This document shows positions 30,494-41,500 of a DNA stretch of 64,000 nt, piece by piece. Source of the stretch: Meyerozyma guilliermondii (taxonomy: Eukaryota); assembly GCA_051546255.1 (NCBI GenBank), contig CP128820.1:372001-436000 (forward strand). Reading direction: 5' to 3'. The translations under genes and the position numbers were made by a program. A model generated the notes under the pieces. It worked only from the letters and a program-made list of their open reading frames with translations, made no database searches and had not been told where the DNA came from. Each line of letters opens with the position of its first letter. Positions within the stretch are counted from its first letter, which is position 1.

Positions 30494-31855
30494 GATGTGT
30501 CAATAGCAATGGAAGGGACCGAGAAAATTGAAGTTTGTAATTTAGGTATTTGGAATAAAAAACTAGTTTGACGAAACGTCGCCGAAATTCGCTGAATAAA
30601 TTACAGCGGAACTGGCGATGCCCAGCTGCACTCCTCACCAAAAATGGGATTTCGGACTCGGAGTGGGAGGGGGTTTAGTGTGCAGGAGGTGGTTGAATTT
30701 AAGGTTTTTGGGGAAAAGTTGGTGGGCGTTCTGCGCCGAGTTTTTTGGAATTTTACAAATCATGGATCGAGTGGCGGGCGGGCTGCCTTATATAGTGAGG
30801 TTTGCCCTCGGTTTTGACGTCCGCTTCGTTGTGGTAAACCGACCACATCATCACCGGTCTCAAAGTCGCATGTTGACGTAGTTATGCAAGCACGTGCGGC
30901 GTGCGCCATCTCGCAGGTGAATCATGATCGCAACCGAGCCCCTCGGATGATGCGGATACGGGCAGCGACGTTTAGTTGGGGTCCTACAGTCGCAACTTAA
31001 GTTGCTGTTGCTGCACACTCTCCCCGGATTGGTGGTTACTGACGCAACTTATCACATCAAATTTCCGGCCGTCGCTTGGCGAATTTAGTTCATGCACCTG
31101 CATACAGACAACAAATAAAACCGGTACCGGAAAACATCAGCTGTTGCAATCGAAGCAAATCTTATCTACATCACGATATCTATCTCTACAGATCTTTTCT
31201 ACATTTGATTTCTTTTTTAAAAATCCGTCTAGTTTTCTGCGTTTTAAATGTGAATGAAAATTTTTTGTTGGCCGAGTGGGGTTATCGCTGCGTTTGGTTG
31301 GCGGTATTCTTTGCAGGGTAACCGACGGAGAATTCGTCGACAAACAAACCTGCACAATGGATGAGGGGTATGTCTGTATGCCGGTCACTGAAGTTGGCGG
31401 ACGGCTCGGTTGCGAGCGTGGGTGCCGCCAGCCGTGTCACGTGACATGCTCACCAATTTGCAGCCGAGAAATGAAAGAGAAAGAATACCAATGGGGGTCA
31501 ATTCGGAAAAGAGAACAAGTGATAAAAAAGACAAAAGTGAAAAAAAATTATTTCTGGTGAAAAATTTCAATTTGAATTCGAGAAGTAAGTCAGTTTGATT
31601 CTACTAGCTACTTTAAACCTTGCTCGACAACAAATTGTAACTAAATATTTGGCACAGTTTATCTGAGCTTTACAGCCATCCAGCTTAAGATTATTGATAC
31701 CTTACCATTACCTGGTACCTTTATTATGGAACCTTATTAGCTGGTTATACTTTAGCACTGGTGCCTTTATTCTGTACCTTACTCTGGTACTTTCGTTGCA
31801 AGCATTTTAAGGATTGAGTATGTAGAGTCCCAACTTTATTTATATCGCTCAATTC

Positions 31856-32323
31856 TCATACATTATCATCATGGAAAACAAACCGGCTCCGTTTTGGGTC
31901 TATTGGAGCATTCTTGATGTACCGCTCATCGTCAGGAGGCCGCGAGTTGTTTGTATTGTGCACGAGCATCGAGTGTATGCTGAGTAAAATCGACTCAATC
32001 AGGCATGCTGGAGTCCAATCTTCGCCAAGAAGATTAAGGCAAATGTGCCCATTGGAATAAATATGTGGATGGATGGGAATGGCATCGTTTTGGTCTTGAA
32101 CCACAAACTTGACCAGTGGAGAGTCAACAGGATAATCTTTGGTTACAATGATCAGGAGTTTGTAAAGATCACCACTGGGATAAAGGTCATTGTCAGCTAC
32201 CAGAATTCCAAACAAAAATTGTTTCAAGTCCTCCTCATTCGAAAGAAGCTGTACCCCAGGAATGGGGTCTTCACAGAGCAGTTTGTGCTCCTTAAGTAAT
32301 CGGCGATGGTACGGATGGGACAT
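31856..32323 (-). CDS. Ubiquitin-conjugating enzyme E2, UBE2W type
   Basis: PIHPHIYSNGHICL.LL.EDW.PA and C-terminal RPPD..Y....PK...F.FHDD. ATG at 32323. Confidence 0.88.
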   Translation of the reverse strand: MSHPYHRRLLKEHKLLCEDPIPGVQLLSNEEDLKQFLFGILVADNDLYPSGDLYKLLIIVTKDYPVDSPLVKFVVQDQNDAIPIHPHIYSNGHICLNLLGEDWTPACLIESILLSIHSMLVHNTNNSRPPDDERYIKNAPIDPKRSRFVFHDDNV

Positions 32324-32387
32324 TGAAATTGTTGCGGTTCGTGGTGGTTGGATGAATTTTATACCGTCGTGCGGCGCTTGACAAGCA

Positions 32388-35300
32388 CTATAAGGGCATA
32401 CTTCGAAACTGGGTTTTCGGTACTTGGGACCTTCTTTGGCTTGGTTTGTGCACACGGTTCGACTTTTGTCCACGACTGCTTTGGGAGGTACTACTTTGAG
32501 ATGATTTTCCGCCGTTTTTTTCTCTTTTGATTGCAGCCAATGCTTTCTTGAAATGCACAAAATCTTGTGCCTGGTCTTTGGTGATGCCGCCTACCTTGAG
32601 AAAGTCCTTTTTTGATGTTGGAAGTAGTAGCACCATCTCTTTCAACGAGGCATTTGAAATCGTCAAGTTGAGATTGTCTCGGATCGAAGAAAGCTTGTTG
32701 AAATGTGGATCGCAATTGATATCTTGTCGCAACAGAGCTTGCCTTTCAGCAATTTCACGAGCACTCACAAACGATTCCGTAAGAGATCCTGCTCTGATAC
32801 TTGTCTGGACCTGCTCTGTGAACACCAATTTCACCCGTTTTTGTCCGCTGGTCACCATAGAAGCCGCTCTACCTACACGAACATAATTGGATGCGAATCC
32901 AGCTCGCATCACAGAATACTCTTCAAGACAATTTTCTGAAAGAAGATGGAAAAAAATCCGCTCGATTTCAAGCTTGTCCAAGGTTTTTCCCTTTCCATGG
33001 TAAGGGCTTCGATTGTAACCCGGTTTCGTGATTTTGCTGCTGTTCAGTCCTTTAAATATATCCTGACAAAGAAGTACCGTCACCTTATCTCTTTGAATTT
33101 CCAGCACCAACAGGATAATATCCTTGGCAAATAAAGTGATATCTCGTTCCACCGACGTCACCGTATCGGAATTGGCACAATTGTCACATTTTTTGGAACA
33201 TTGAAGTGGATCAAAATGTTCATTGAAATAGTGCAAAACCTGTTTTCTTCGACAATCAGTAGTGTTCTCACAATATTGAACCACTTGCCTCAACTTGTTG
33301 AGATGGTTCTCTCTGCTTTCCCGATCCAAATCGCTGTCTCGCTGGATCATACTTTGTAAAGACCTGGCATCTTTATAGGAGTAAAACATAATACATTCAC
33401 TGGGTTTACCATCTCTTCCAGCACGCCCTGTTTCTTGATAGTAACCTTCAAGAGAGCGAGGGATGAATAAATGGATCACAAACCTGACATCGGGCTTGTC
33501 AATTCCCATACCAAAGGCAATTGTAGCACAGATGATTTTGACACTTCCATCCTGCCATTTTTTCTGGATATCAAACCTTTCAGTTGGTCCCATTCCAGCA
33601 TGATAAAACGAGGTTTTCAACCCCCACATGTTGAGCTTTTCTGAAGTTTGTTCACACAGCTGTTTCGAATGACAATAAATGATCCCCGTATTATGAGCGT
33701 ATTTTGCAACAATATAGTCTCGAATCCATTCGAGGTAATTTCCATTTTTCCGCTTGATTTCGTAAAAAAGATTTGTTCTGTTGAAACTCTGCTTGAGTAA
33801 AACGGGCTCGGTCATGTTAAGATGATGAATAATGTCCATACGCACTTTTTCATTGGCAGTGGCAGTAAGAGCCATAAGTGGAATATTTGGATACTGCTGT
33901 TTAAACATGTTCATTCCCTTATAATCAGGCCGAAAGTCATGTCCCCAAGAACTCACACAATGAGCTTCATCCACAACTATTCTTGCGAGTTGTTGATTGC
34001 TGTTCAACCTGGAAATGATATTCTGGATTTGCAGTGAGGCATTGACCATCTCAGGAGAAAGATACACCAAATCTAGCTGTCCAGATCTGAAAAGTTCCAC
34101 CGTTTGTTTGCGCTCCGAAGCCGTTCCTTTAGAACTCACCATGCCAGCACGGATATTTTTATCTAATAGATGTTGAACTTGGTCTTGCATCAACGAAATT
34201 AACGGCGAGATCACTATTGTAGTGCCTCGAGTTCGCCCAGAAGTGACTAAAGCCGGAAGCTGGTAACAGAGCGACTTACCTCCACCGGTTGGCATCAACA
34301 CAAAGGTATCTTTGCCTTGCAACGTTGCAGTTACAGCCTCAAGTTGGTTGGGACGAAACGACAGAAGATTGAAAGTTGATTGGAGAATCGAGTAAACTTC
34401 CTTAATGAACGGTTCTGATCCTGGAGGAAGCTTTTTTCCAGCTGTCGCCTGGGCAGCTGGTACTGGAAAAATGGAATCTGGAATAGCACACAAATCCTCA
34501 TCAGAAAAGTCGAGATCCGACTCAAGATCAGAAAGAACCGTCGACAGTACTGGGTTAATTTGAGCGGGCAATACCGGTTTTTTGGAAGCTGCAACAGGAT
34601 TTTTAGTAGGTGCCATAGGTTCAGATTTGATGGGAGGAATGGGCACCAAATCGTCTTCTTCTCCACTACTGATCTCGATGACATCGTGATCTTGTAGTTC
34701 TCTTTCTTCGTTGAGTTGAACCGTAAAGTCTTCTATCTCTTCCAAATCACTGTTATCAGAAATCTCATCTACCAAGGCAACATTTTGTGAATCCTCTTCA
34801 GTGACCTGAGTGGGATTATTAGACTCACGATAAGTTCCATCGACCAGAACTTCATCGTCATCAATGAAGCTTTCCAAGTCACTATAGTTGTCGTCGACTT
34901 CAGACGAGTACAAACCGTCCATGGTTCTTTCACCAAAGTTGTCTTCTTCGTCCGAACCGGCACGATTAGAAGGGCCGTTTAAAGGTGAATCCAGCACGTT
35001 TAAAGGGGAACGATCATTATGGGGAAAATTTTGGTCATTTCGAGGGTAGTTCTGTCCATTGCGAGGAAAATTATGTCCATTTGGAGGGTAATTTTGATCA
35101 TTTGTGTGTTCAGCTCGAGCTTCGTATCGCATTCGCTGAACAACTTCACGAGCTTCCACCAAGTTTTGTTGGTGCTGGTCATGTCGAGGCCGCTCAATTT
35201 CCCTTGCTTCATCAGCCATACGTCCCATTTCGTCTTCAGAAAACTGAGAGCAAAAATCGATTTGCTCATAGGCTTTTTCAGGTTGATCTGAAGACTCATT

Positions 35301-35918
35301 TATTCGAGTCGACGAAGCAAGTTCCGCAAGCGATGACTCCAAAGCCAGGGCTTGTGGCTCGTAAACAGTCTTAATATACTTCTCCTTGTCGTCCTGAGAA
35401 ATTGACGAAGACTCAACGATCGAGAGTTTGTTTTTCAACAACGAAATTAATTTGGTTTGAAGACCAATATATTTCTGTAAATTTCCAGCTCCAGGCTGGG
35501 AGGAATGGCTCAGGAGTCGCGACCGTTGCGAAGTCTTTATGGGGATATCTCGATTTGTATCCATTGGCTTTAAAGGTTGAAAGTTGGATGAAAAAGTGGA
35601 GTTTTCACCATGTTCGATTCCCATTTTGGGACGTTTATTTGTCATTTCTGCACTTTCAGAAGCTCTTTTTGTACTACCGGGAACCTTGTCACCAACCAAT
35701 ACACTGTGGGTGCTCTGATACGTCGAAGAAGGCACGGAAGACCGGATCGAAGAAGTCGGATCTTGTGGAGTGGTCGGAATGATTGGATAATTCGGTCGAG
35801 TTGACGAGCTTGGAGAGTCCAAATCGCGTCGAAAAAGAACACCAGCGGTGTCACGCAGTGGAATATGCGGCAGCAGGCGTTGAAACCATGCCATATGGAC
35901 CTGGAAGTTGTTGGCCAT
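32388..35918 (-). CDS. SGS1: RecQ helicase Sgs1
   Basis: MPTGGGKSLCYQLP, VVDEAHCVSSWGHDFRPDY, ATIAFGMGIDKPDVR, YYQETGRAGRDG; RQC zinc motif. Confidence 0.97.
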   Translation of the reverse strand: MANNFQVHMAWFQRLLPHIPLRDTAGVLFRRDLDSPSSSTRPNYPIIPTTPQDPTSSIRSSVPSSTYQSTHSVLVGDKVPGSTKRASESAEMTNKRPKMGIEHGENSTFSSNFQPLKPMDTNRDIPIKTSQRSRLLSHSSQPGAGNLQKYIGLQTKLISLLKNKLSIVESSSISQDDKEKYIKTVYEPQALALESSLAELASSTRINESSDQPEKAYEQIDFCSQFSEDEMGRMADEAREIERPRHDQHQQNLVEAREVVQRMRYEARAEHTNDQNYPPNGHNFPRNGQNYPRNDQNFPHNDRSPLNVLDSPLNGPSNRAGSDEEDNFGERTMDGLYSSEVDDNYSDLESFIDDDEVLVDGTYRESNNPTQVTEEDSQNVALVDEISDNSDLEEIEDFTVQLNEERELQDHDVIEISSGEEDDLVPIPPIKSEPMAPTKNPVAASKKPVLPAQINPVLSTVLSDLESDLDFSDEDLCAIPDSIFPVPAAQATAGKKLPPGSEPFIKEVYSILQSTFNLLSFRPNQLEAVTATLQGKDTFVLMPTGGGKSLCYQLPALVTSGRTRGTTIVISPLISLMQDQVQHLLDKNIRAGMVSSKGTASERKQTVELFRSGQLDLVYLSPEMVNASLQIQNIISRLNSNQQLARIVVDEAHCVSSWGHDFRPDYKGMNMFKQQYPNIPLMALTATANEKVRMDIIHHLNMTEPVLLKQSFNRTNLFYEIKRKNGNYLEWIRDYIVAKYAHNTGIIYCHSKQLCEQTSEKLNMWGLKTSFYHAGMGPTERFDIQKKWQDGSVKIICATIAFGMGIDKPDVRFVIHLFIPRSLEGYYQETGRAGRDGKPSECIMFYSYKDARSLQSMIQRDSDLDRESRENHLNKLRQVVQYCENTTDCRRKQVLHYFNEHFDPLQCSKKCDNCANSDTVTSVERDITLFAKDIILLVLEIQRDKVTVLLCQDIFKGLNSSKITKPGYNRSPYHGKGKTLDKLEIERIFFHLLSENCLEEYSVMRAGFASNYVRVGRAASMVTSGQKRVKLVFTEQVQTSIRAGSLTESFVSAREIAERQALLRQDINCDPHFNKLSSIRDNLNLTISNASLKEMVLLLPTSKKDFLKVGGITKDQAQDFVHFKKALAAIKREKNGGKSSQSSTSQSSRGQKSNRVHKPSQRRSQVPKTQFRSMPL
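34977..35102 (-). repeat. 21-bp coding minisatellite in SGS1 (NDQNYPP/NGHNFPR/NGQNYPR/NDQNFPH, plus SPLN twice)
   Basis: YCATT recurs at 21-bp spacing over 35014-35102; CGTTTAAAGG occurs twice, 21 bp apart. Confidence 0.8.
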
Positions 35919-35960
35919 CGATGGTATGAAGTATAAACGGAACGCGCGATGAATACAGGA

Positions 35961-36341
35961 TCACGTGTATAGTCACGTGCGACAGCATGTGACTGAAACG
36001 GATTCCACACGTGACTAGGGGTTAAGCTCGTGCGGCTGCCGAGTCGGAGTCAACAGTTGACGCAACCCCGCCGCAGCAGCAACAGGAGGAGAGATATGAG
36101 GAGAAGGAGGGGAAAACCAGATGCAGATATTGCGAAAAAGGGGTCGGAATTAGGCATTGCAACCACAGAAAATCGACCCGGCCCACCCGGACCGGATTTC
36201 AACTTCTCCGCTATCTTGTCAAAATCTCCATTGTAATGCCAAGCGCCATGACAAAACCGGAAATACCTCCTATCTTTGCGACCGTTCCGGAAACTACCGG
36301 TTGTGTGAGGTGAGGGGAAGTGGCTCCGCCCGTCACGTGAC
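35961..36341. promoter_or_regulatory. Cluster of CACGTG (Cbf1/Tye7-type) E-boxes in the SGS1/ZFS1 divergent promoter
   Basis: TCACGTG 35961, GTCACGTG 35972, CACGTGAC 36008, GTCACGTGAC 36332. Confidence 0.65.
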
Positions 36342-36994
36342 TCGGAGTCGACCAAAACCGAAATTACAGTCGAATGAATGAGATTCGAGTGGTACGATCA
36401 TCAACCGGTGGTGTACATGCTACCGCATGAAAATGAATGATTTCCGACCATTTTTCCCCCCGCATATATGCAGCCTAACCACCCGCGCTGTTTGCAACCG
36501 CGCACAGTTGCTTGTCGGGGCCCAACGCCTGCATCCCCGCCTCCCAACACCGTCTCCTCACCTGAGTTCCGAATCGGAACATTTGTGCGCGGCGATGATA
36601 TAAGTGGTGCGACTGCCGTTGGCAGCATCTTGTTTTTATACACAAAAAGCTATCGCTAATAAGTTAAGCTAACCAGCTAGTAAACAAGAAGCTAGGCTAA
36701 GAAGTTCAAACAGCCAAGTACTAACAAGCTAATAGCTAACTAACTATAAAGCTAAACTAGACGCTAATTACTACAAGTGAAAGCTACTAAAATTAGCGTA
36801 TTTTCACACAACGTGTCAACCATATAATAGAGTGACGAACCACTTTCTTATCAACTTCTAGTCTAAATTTTTAGTCTAAAGTTAACCGGAAGTTTGTTTG
36901 CCTTCCCTCAAGCCGAATTTTGGTTATCTGTCTCGGACCTTAGAACTGGTGTACCGGGTGTTGTATTTTTCCGAGCCATCGCTCCATCCTAAGA

Positions 36995-37618
36995 ATGACT
37001 GCGTTCCAACCCGCCGATAAAAACGGTCTTTTGTTGGACTTGTGGACATCCCAGTCGTCCATGTCCCATTCCAATACCCGCCCTTGCACACAATCGCCGT
37101 TATGGGGCTCTAATTCTCTGCAGCAATCGAGGTACTTTCTGGCTCCGATGGCCCGTGATCCCACGTTTGATTATGCTGTGTCGCTTCTACCTAACGATTT
37201 GCTCCAGAATGACGTGATTCTTCCCAAATTAACCGAGGAAAACTTGAAACTTTCCAGCTATCATCATTCAGGAAGATCGTCGTTTTCGGAGCTGGATGAT
37301 GACGTTTTCAGCTTGCAAAAAAGTGTTCCTGAGGCTCATTCGACCGAATCCAGCGATAGCGGCCATGCCAAGAAACACGATCATTCTAGGCGCAAGCACA
37401 AGAGCACCACTAATACCCAGCTTTACAAGACTGAATTGTGTGCTTCGTATATGAAAATGGGTGTATGTCCATACGGAGGAAAATGTCAATTTGCTCATGG
37501 AACAGAAGAGCTCAAGCAAGTATCACGTCCTCCCAAATGGAGATCGAAACCTTGTGTGAACTGGGCCAAGTATGGAGCATGCCGGTACGGCAACCGGTGC
37601 TGTTTCAAGCACGAATAA
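36995..37618 (+). CDS. ZFS1: Tristetraprolin-family tandem CCCH zinc-finger mRNA decay factor (Zfs1/Cth1)
   Basis: LYKTELC-x8-C-x5-C-x3-H, followed by KWRSKPC-x8-C-x5-C-x3-H. Confidence 0.9.
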   Translation: MTAFQPADKNGLLLDLWTSQSSMSHSNTRPCTQSPLWGSNSLQQSRYFLAPMARDPTFDYAVSLLPNDLLQNDVILPKLTEENLKLSSYHHSGRSSFSELDDDVFSLQKSVPEAHSTESSDSGHAKKHDHSRRKHKSTTNTQLYKTELCASYMKMGVCPYGGKCQFAHGTEELKQVSRPPKWRSKPCVNWAKYGACRYGNRCCFKHE

Positions 37619-38521
37619 AAGTTATGATATGACGGTATTTATTATAGATCAATGAAGTACGACCAGTTAAATAGAATAGAGAAAACCAAGACATACTGAA
37701 ACAACACTCGATAAATTCAGACTCAAACTCAAACTCAATAAACCATCACTAAAACTCAATACTGAATTGTGCGAGCCTCAGAGTTGTGGTACTACGCTCT
37801 CATTTAAATTACAAGATACTCTACTTCTCTCTGATCTCTCCTCTTTCCTTTTCTCTCACTCGCTTTATCAAGGCAAATTTAAAACTCTCTTTTTAGGTTC
37901 TTTGTCATGACTACATTCTCTCAAAAATCAGTCAGTTCAACTGATCGATTTGTCTTCAATTTGTTCTGGTTTGTTTCCAGTTACTCGTCTGCTTTGGCTT
38001 GTTGGACTTGTCCTCACTCCCCAGCCTTTGCTTTAAAACATTCTAAACCAAAGTTCACCGAACTCGACTTTGACTTCTACACCATATTTATCGTTTTCAC
38101 TTGCTCTACAATATACTCAGATTCGTGTCAACTCGTCTTCAGCTTGCCTACCTCAGCTTGACTTGGCTCACTTCACTTGTGGTGGCTCCTTGTCTACAAT
38201 CCAATGGTCTACAATTCTACACTTCCTTTTCACTCTCACTCTCTTTCTTTCCACTCTCACTTTCCCTTTTATTCACTTCCTCTTTTTTCTCCAGTCTCAG
38301 ATGGTCCTACCACCGCCTGTGTGGTGAGACCGCAATGGTGTCCACAGCGCCCAAAAAGAGGCCCCTTGCGGGATTGCTGAAACGGATATTAGTACTCTTC
38401 ATCGACTGGTATAGTTGATAAAGTTTTTCGCTCGTAGCGCGCGCTCTTAAATCGTCGCTAGCGGGTAACCTTTGTGCGACCGTGAAAAAATCCATTGCCT
38501 CACTTACTCTTCATAGTGTCC

Positions 38522-41500
38522 ATGTCCACCATGACTGTGCTCCCTTGGGATGCGGATATACTGTTAAAAATAACCGACTCGCTCACTAGTGTAAGAATAC
38601 AAGCACTTCAACTGATAAAAGATGCAATTTCCAACCTCGAATCCCAAAATTTCCATGACGAAATCATGGCTTTGTTGCCAGTTTTACTTGGAACCTACGA
38701 TTTTTACTCGGATACAAACTCCAGGAACGCAGTACTGGATACAATTGATGCCGTTGCAAGGCTAGGTAGCCAGTTTATGGACAAAATTGTGGTTTTCCTC
38801 GACAAAATCACCTCATCTTCAAAGGTTCTGGCCGTCACAGATTACTTGACTTTGCTTGCATGGACCCACCGAGTCCTCACTATAAGCTGTGAACTGGAAA
38901 CCTACTCAAATCTTGAGAAAATCATCGAAATCCAGGCAAAATTGCTTGTTCTTTGCACCGCCGACTGCAAATCTCATAGACTTCAGCATCGAAACCGAGT
39001 GTTTAAGTCGGTTGTTTCCAGCGGAAAAAGCGCTGTTTCAACCGCTGTTTCAACTTCCAAGTCCTGGCAGAATGTCATACAGGCCTATTTGAATATTATA
39101 AAGTCGTCTTCACCAGATTGCAGTCTTACGCTTGCAGGTGTGGTCTCAGAAGCCGCCGATTCGTTGGTTCCACTGATCCCAGCGGTGGCAGACTTTTTGC
39201 ACAAGAACTCCTCGCTCGTTTTGGAGTGTTATACGACCGCTCTTCTCGCTAAAATTCCACCATCTTCAACGTCAACTGCCATTTTTGGCTCGTTTATCAC
39301 GAAACACATCGACGAAGACTCAGTCCAGAACAAAATAGCACCTGCGATGGAGAAGGCTATTCTCAGGTCGTCGGAGAACTCGTTTAACGTTTTCCTTCCT
39401 TCTTTTTTTCACGCTTTAAGCAAAAAAATCGACCTTTCGCAAACGGTTTTAAACACAAAATTGTTCACCAATATCGTTAGCGGCCTCAAATCGACCAAGG
39501 AATCGGTAAGGAGCGGCGCAGTAAGAGCCTTAAAGCTGGCGTTGCTTTTGATAAAGGTTCCAGAAGCCAAAGTTAAAGTTACAGATGAGATTATAAAGAC
39601 ATATAAAGCAACATCTTCTGTCGAAATCAAAGCCACTATTATCAGCATTCTCGAATATTTGGTACCAGGACAAGCTTCCAACCATGTGGTGGAGGGTTTG
39701 CATGGCTTACTAGCAAAAGATCAAAATGAAGTATCTTTGTCCGCTGGCGTGAGGGTATTCTTCTTGCATTTGATCAAAGGTGATGTTCCCTTATCTTCCA
39801 CTTACGAAACTCTCGTTCTGAAGGGACTTCAGGAAAAGAAACCCAACCTTCGTAAAGTGTGGATCGTTGAGCTTTGCAATATCCTGGCCAATAATGGCGG
39901 AAATTCAACGTGCGACAGCCTCATAAGTTCAAACTCGTCGGTTCTCATCGACACCGTACAAGAAGCACAAAACTCCCCAATGCCTTCCGTGAGCAACAGG
40001 GTGCTTATAGGAGCATATGCGGTGCTTTCTATGGGACTGATAGTGCAAATTCCTCAGTCTGTGATTATCGGCTCCATCAGCGGTGTCAATGAAAAACCAG
40101 CTATTCTCACTGATTTGAAGGTGCTCACAAAATTAGTTTCGGAGGATATCGCCTGGGGTATCAAAGCTTTGCGTGAAGTTGACTGTTTAAGCAGTGTTTC
40201 TGAAGAATTTCAGACCAAATATGGCGATGCTTGGACATTTTTCGCAACATCGTCAGAACCTTCTCACAGACTCGAGGCATTGAATTCTCTAAAATTGCTT
40301 GTAAGTACTCCTCTTGTGAGCGAGCTTATAATCAGGAGCATCTACAAAGCACTCAGCGACCCAGAAAGTCCTATTCCAATTCTCAGGTTCTCACCTTTGT
40401 TGTCGGTTCTTGTCACAATTGACAATGAGGAATTGCGTTCAAAAAACGCTGCCGCTTTGCTCATAGCTGCTCACGATGAACGGGTTCGCACGAAGGGAGC
40501 CTGGATCGGATTGTGCCAGCGATCGCAGATTGACATTGGAAAACTTGTGGAGAATCATGGTCACCAAATGGTGGAAAATGCTCTTTCTTTTGAACATTAC
40601 GACAAGAAAACCATCTTCAAAGCCATTGCTACGCTATGTTTTATCAATCCCAAAGTCATTGCGCCGCTAGTTACGACATCCTTGGTGAACCTCATGAATC
40701 CTGAAAACATTGATTTCGACGATCTACAAATCAAGATATGGAAAAGCACCTCCGAGGAGCCCGTAGTTGATGTGCTCAGCAACAAAAAGAAGGTGGTGGA
40801 CAAGAACGACAAGAACTACGAAACGAACAAATGGGAAGAAGAGCTTCGACAAGAGCTTGCAAAGAAAGGAAAAGTCAACAAAAAGCTAACCAGAGAAGAA
40901 CAGAATATGGTCACGGAACAACTAGTGAAAGAAGCATCGATTCGCAAAGATGTTAACAAAAAATTCACCTCCATTCGCTCTGGTTTAATTCTCATTGAAC
41001 AATTGATTCTCAGCACAGTTCACGGAAAGGAAGGTAGTGAATCCTTTGTCGACACTGGAGCTTCGTCTTGGTACCCAGCAGCTATCAAAAGTATCTTGGA
41101 TCTTTTGGGGTCTGAGATTTTCAAGAAGTCTGACGTTTGGGAATTTTTGGGTGCAAACGCAGTGAATGTCTTCCTTGAACTCTCAAGACTTCTTTCGCCT
41201 CGGTTGGGCTCTCTCAAACCTTTTGTTGGTGTAGCCACTTTGAGAATTAGGTCCATTGCTGTTCCTGAAAACCTCAAAGACGAACCGTTGCTTGACTTGA
41301 CAGGAAGAATTCTTTACCGGATGAAAATCCTTTCCGACCAGTCTCCATTGGATCCTCTTTCGTTGATGTATGCGCTTCCTCTCTTGACAGAGACCCTTGA
41401 AAACGGTATTAAAGTTGCAAGAAAAAATGCTTCAAAGCCAGTGGTGACATCGGAATTTATCCAGGAAGATCCCGAAGAGGAACATCTTTTATTGGCAGTG

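Noticed and set aside
30607..30913. Gal4 autoregulatory sites in the GAL4 promoter
   Set aside because: Only imperfect matches (CGG-N11-CCC and CGG-N11-TCG).
32324..32560. N-terminal extension of the E2 overlapping the SGS1 3' end
   Set aside because: It depends on a non-ATG start; the ATG at 32323 yields a complete 155-aa E2.
36945..36961. ACTGGTGTAC telomere-like word as a telomerase RNA template
   Set aside because: Only 10 bp, and a minus-strand RNA would overlap the ZFS1 CDS; no other supporting elements.
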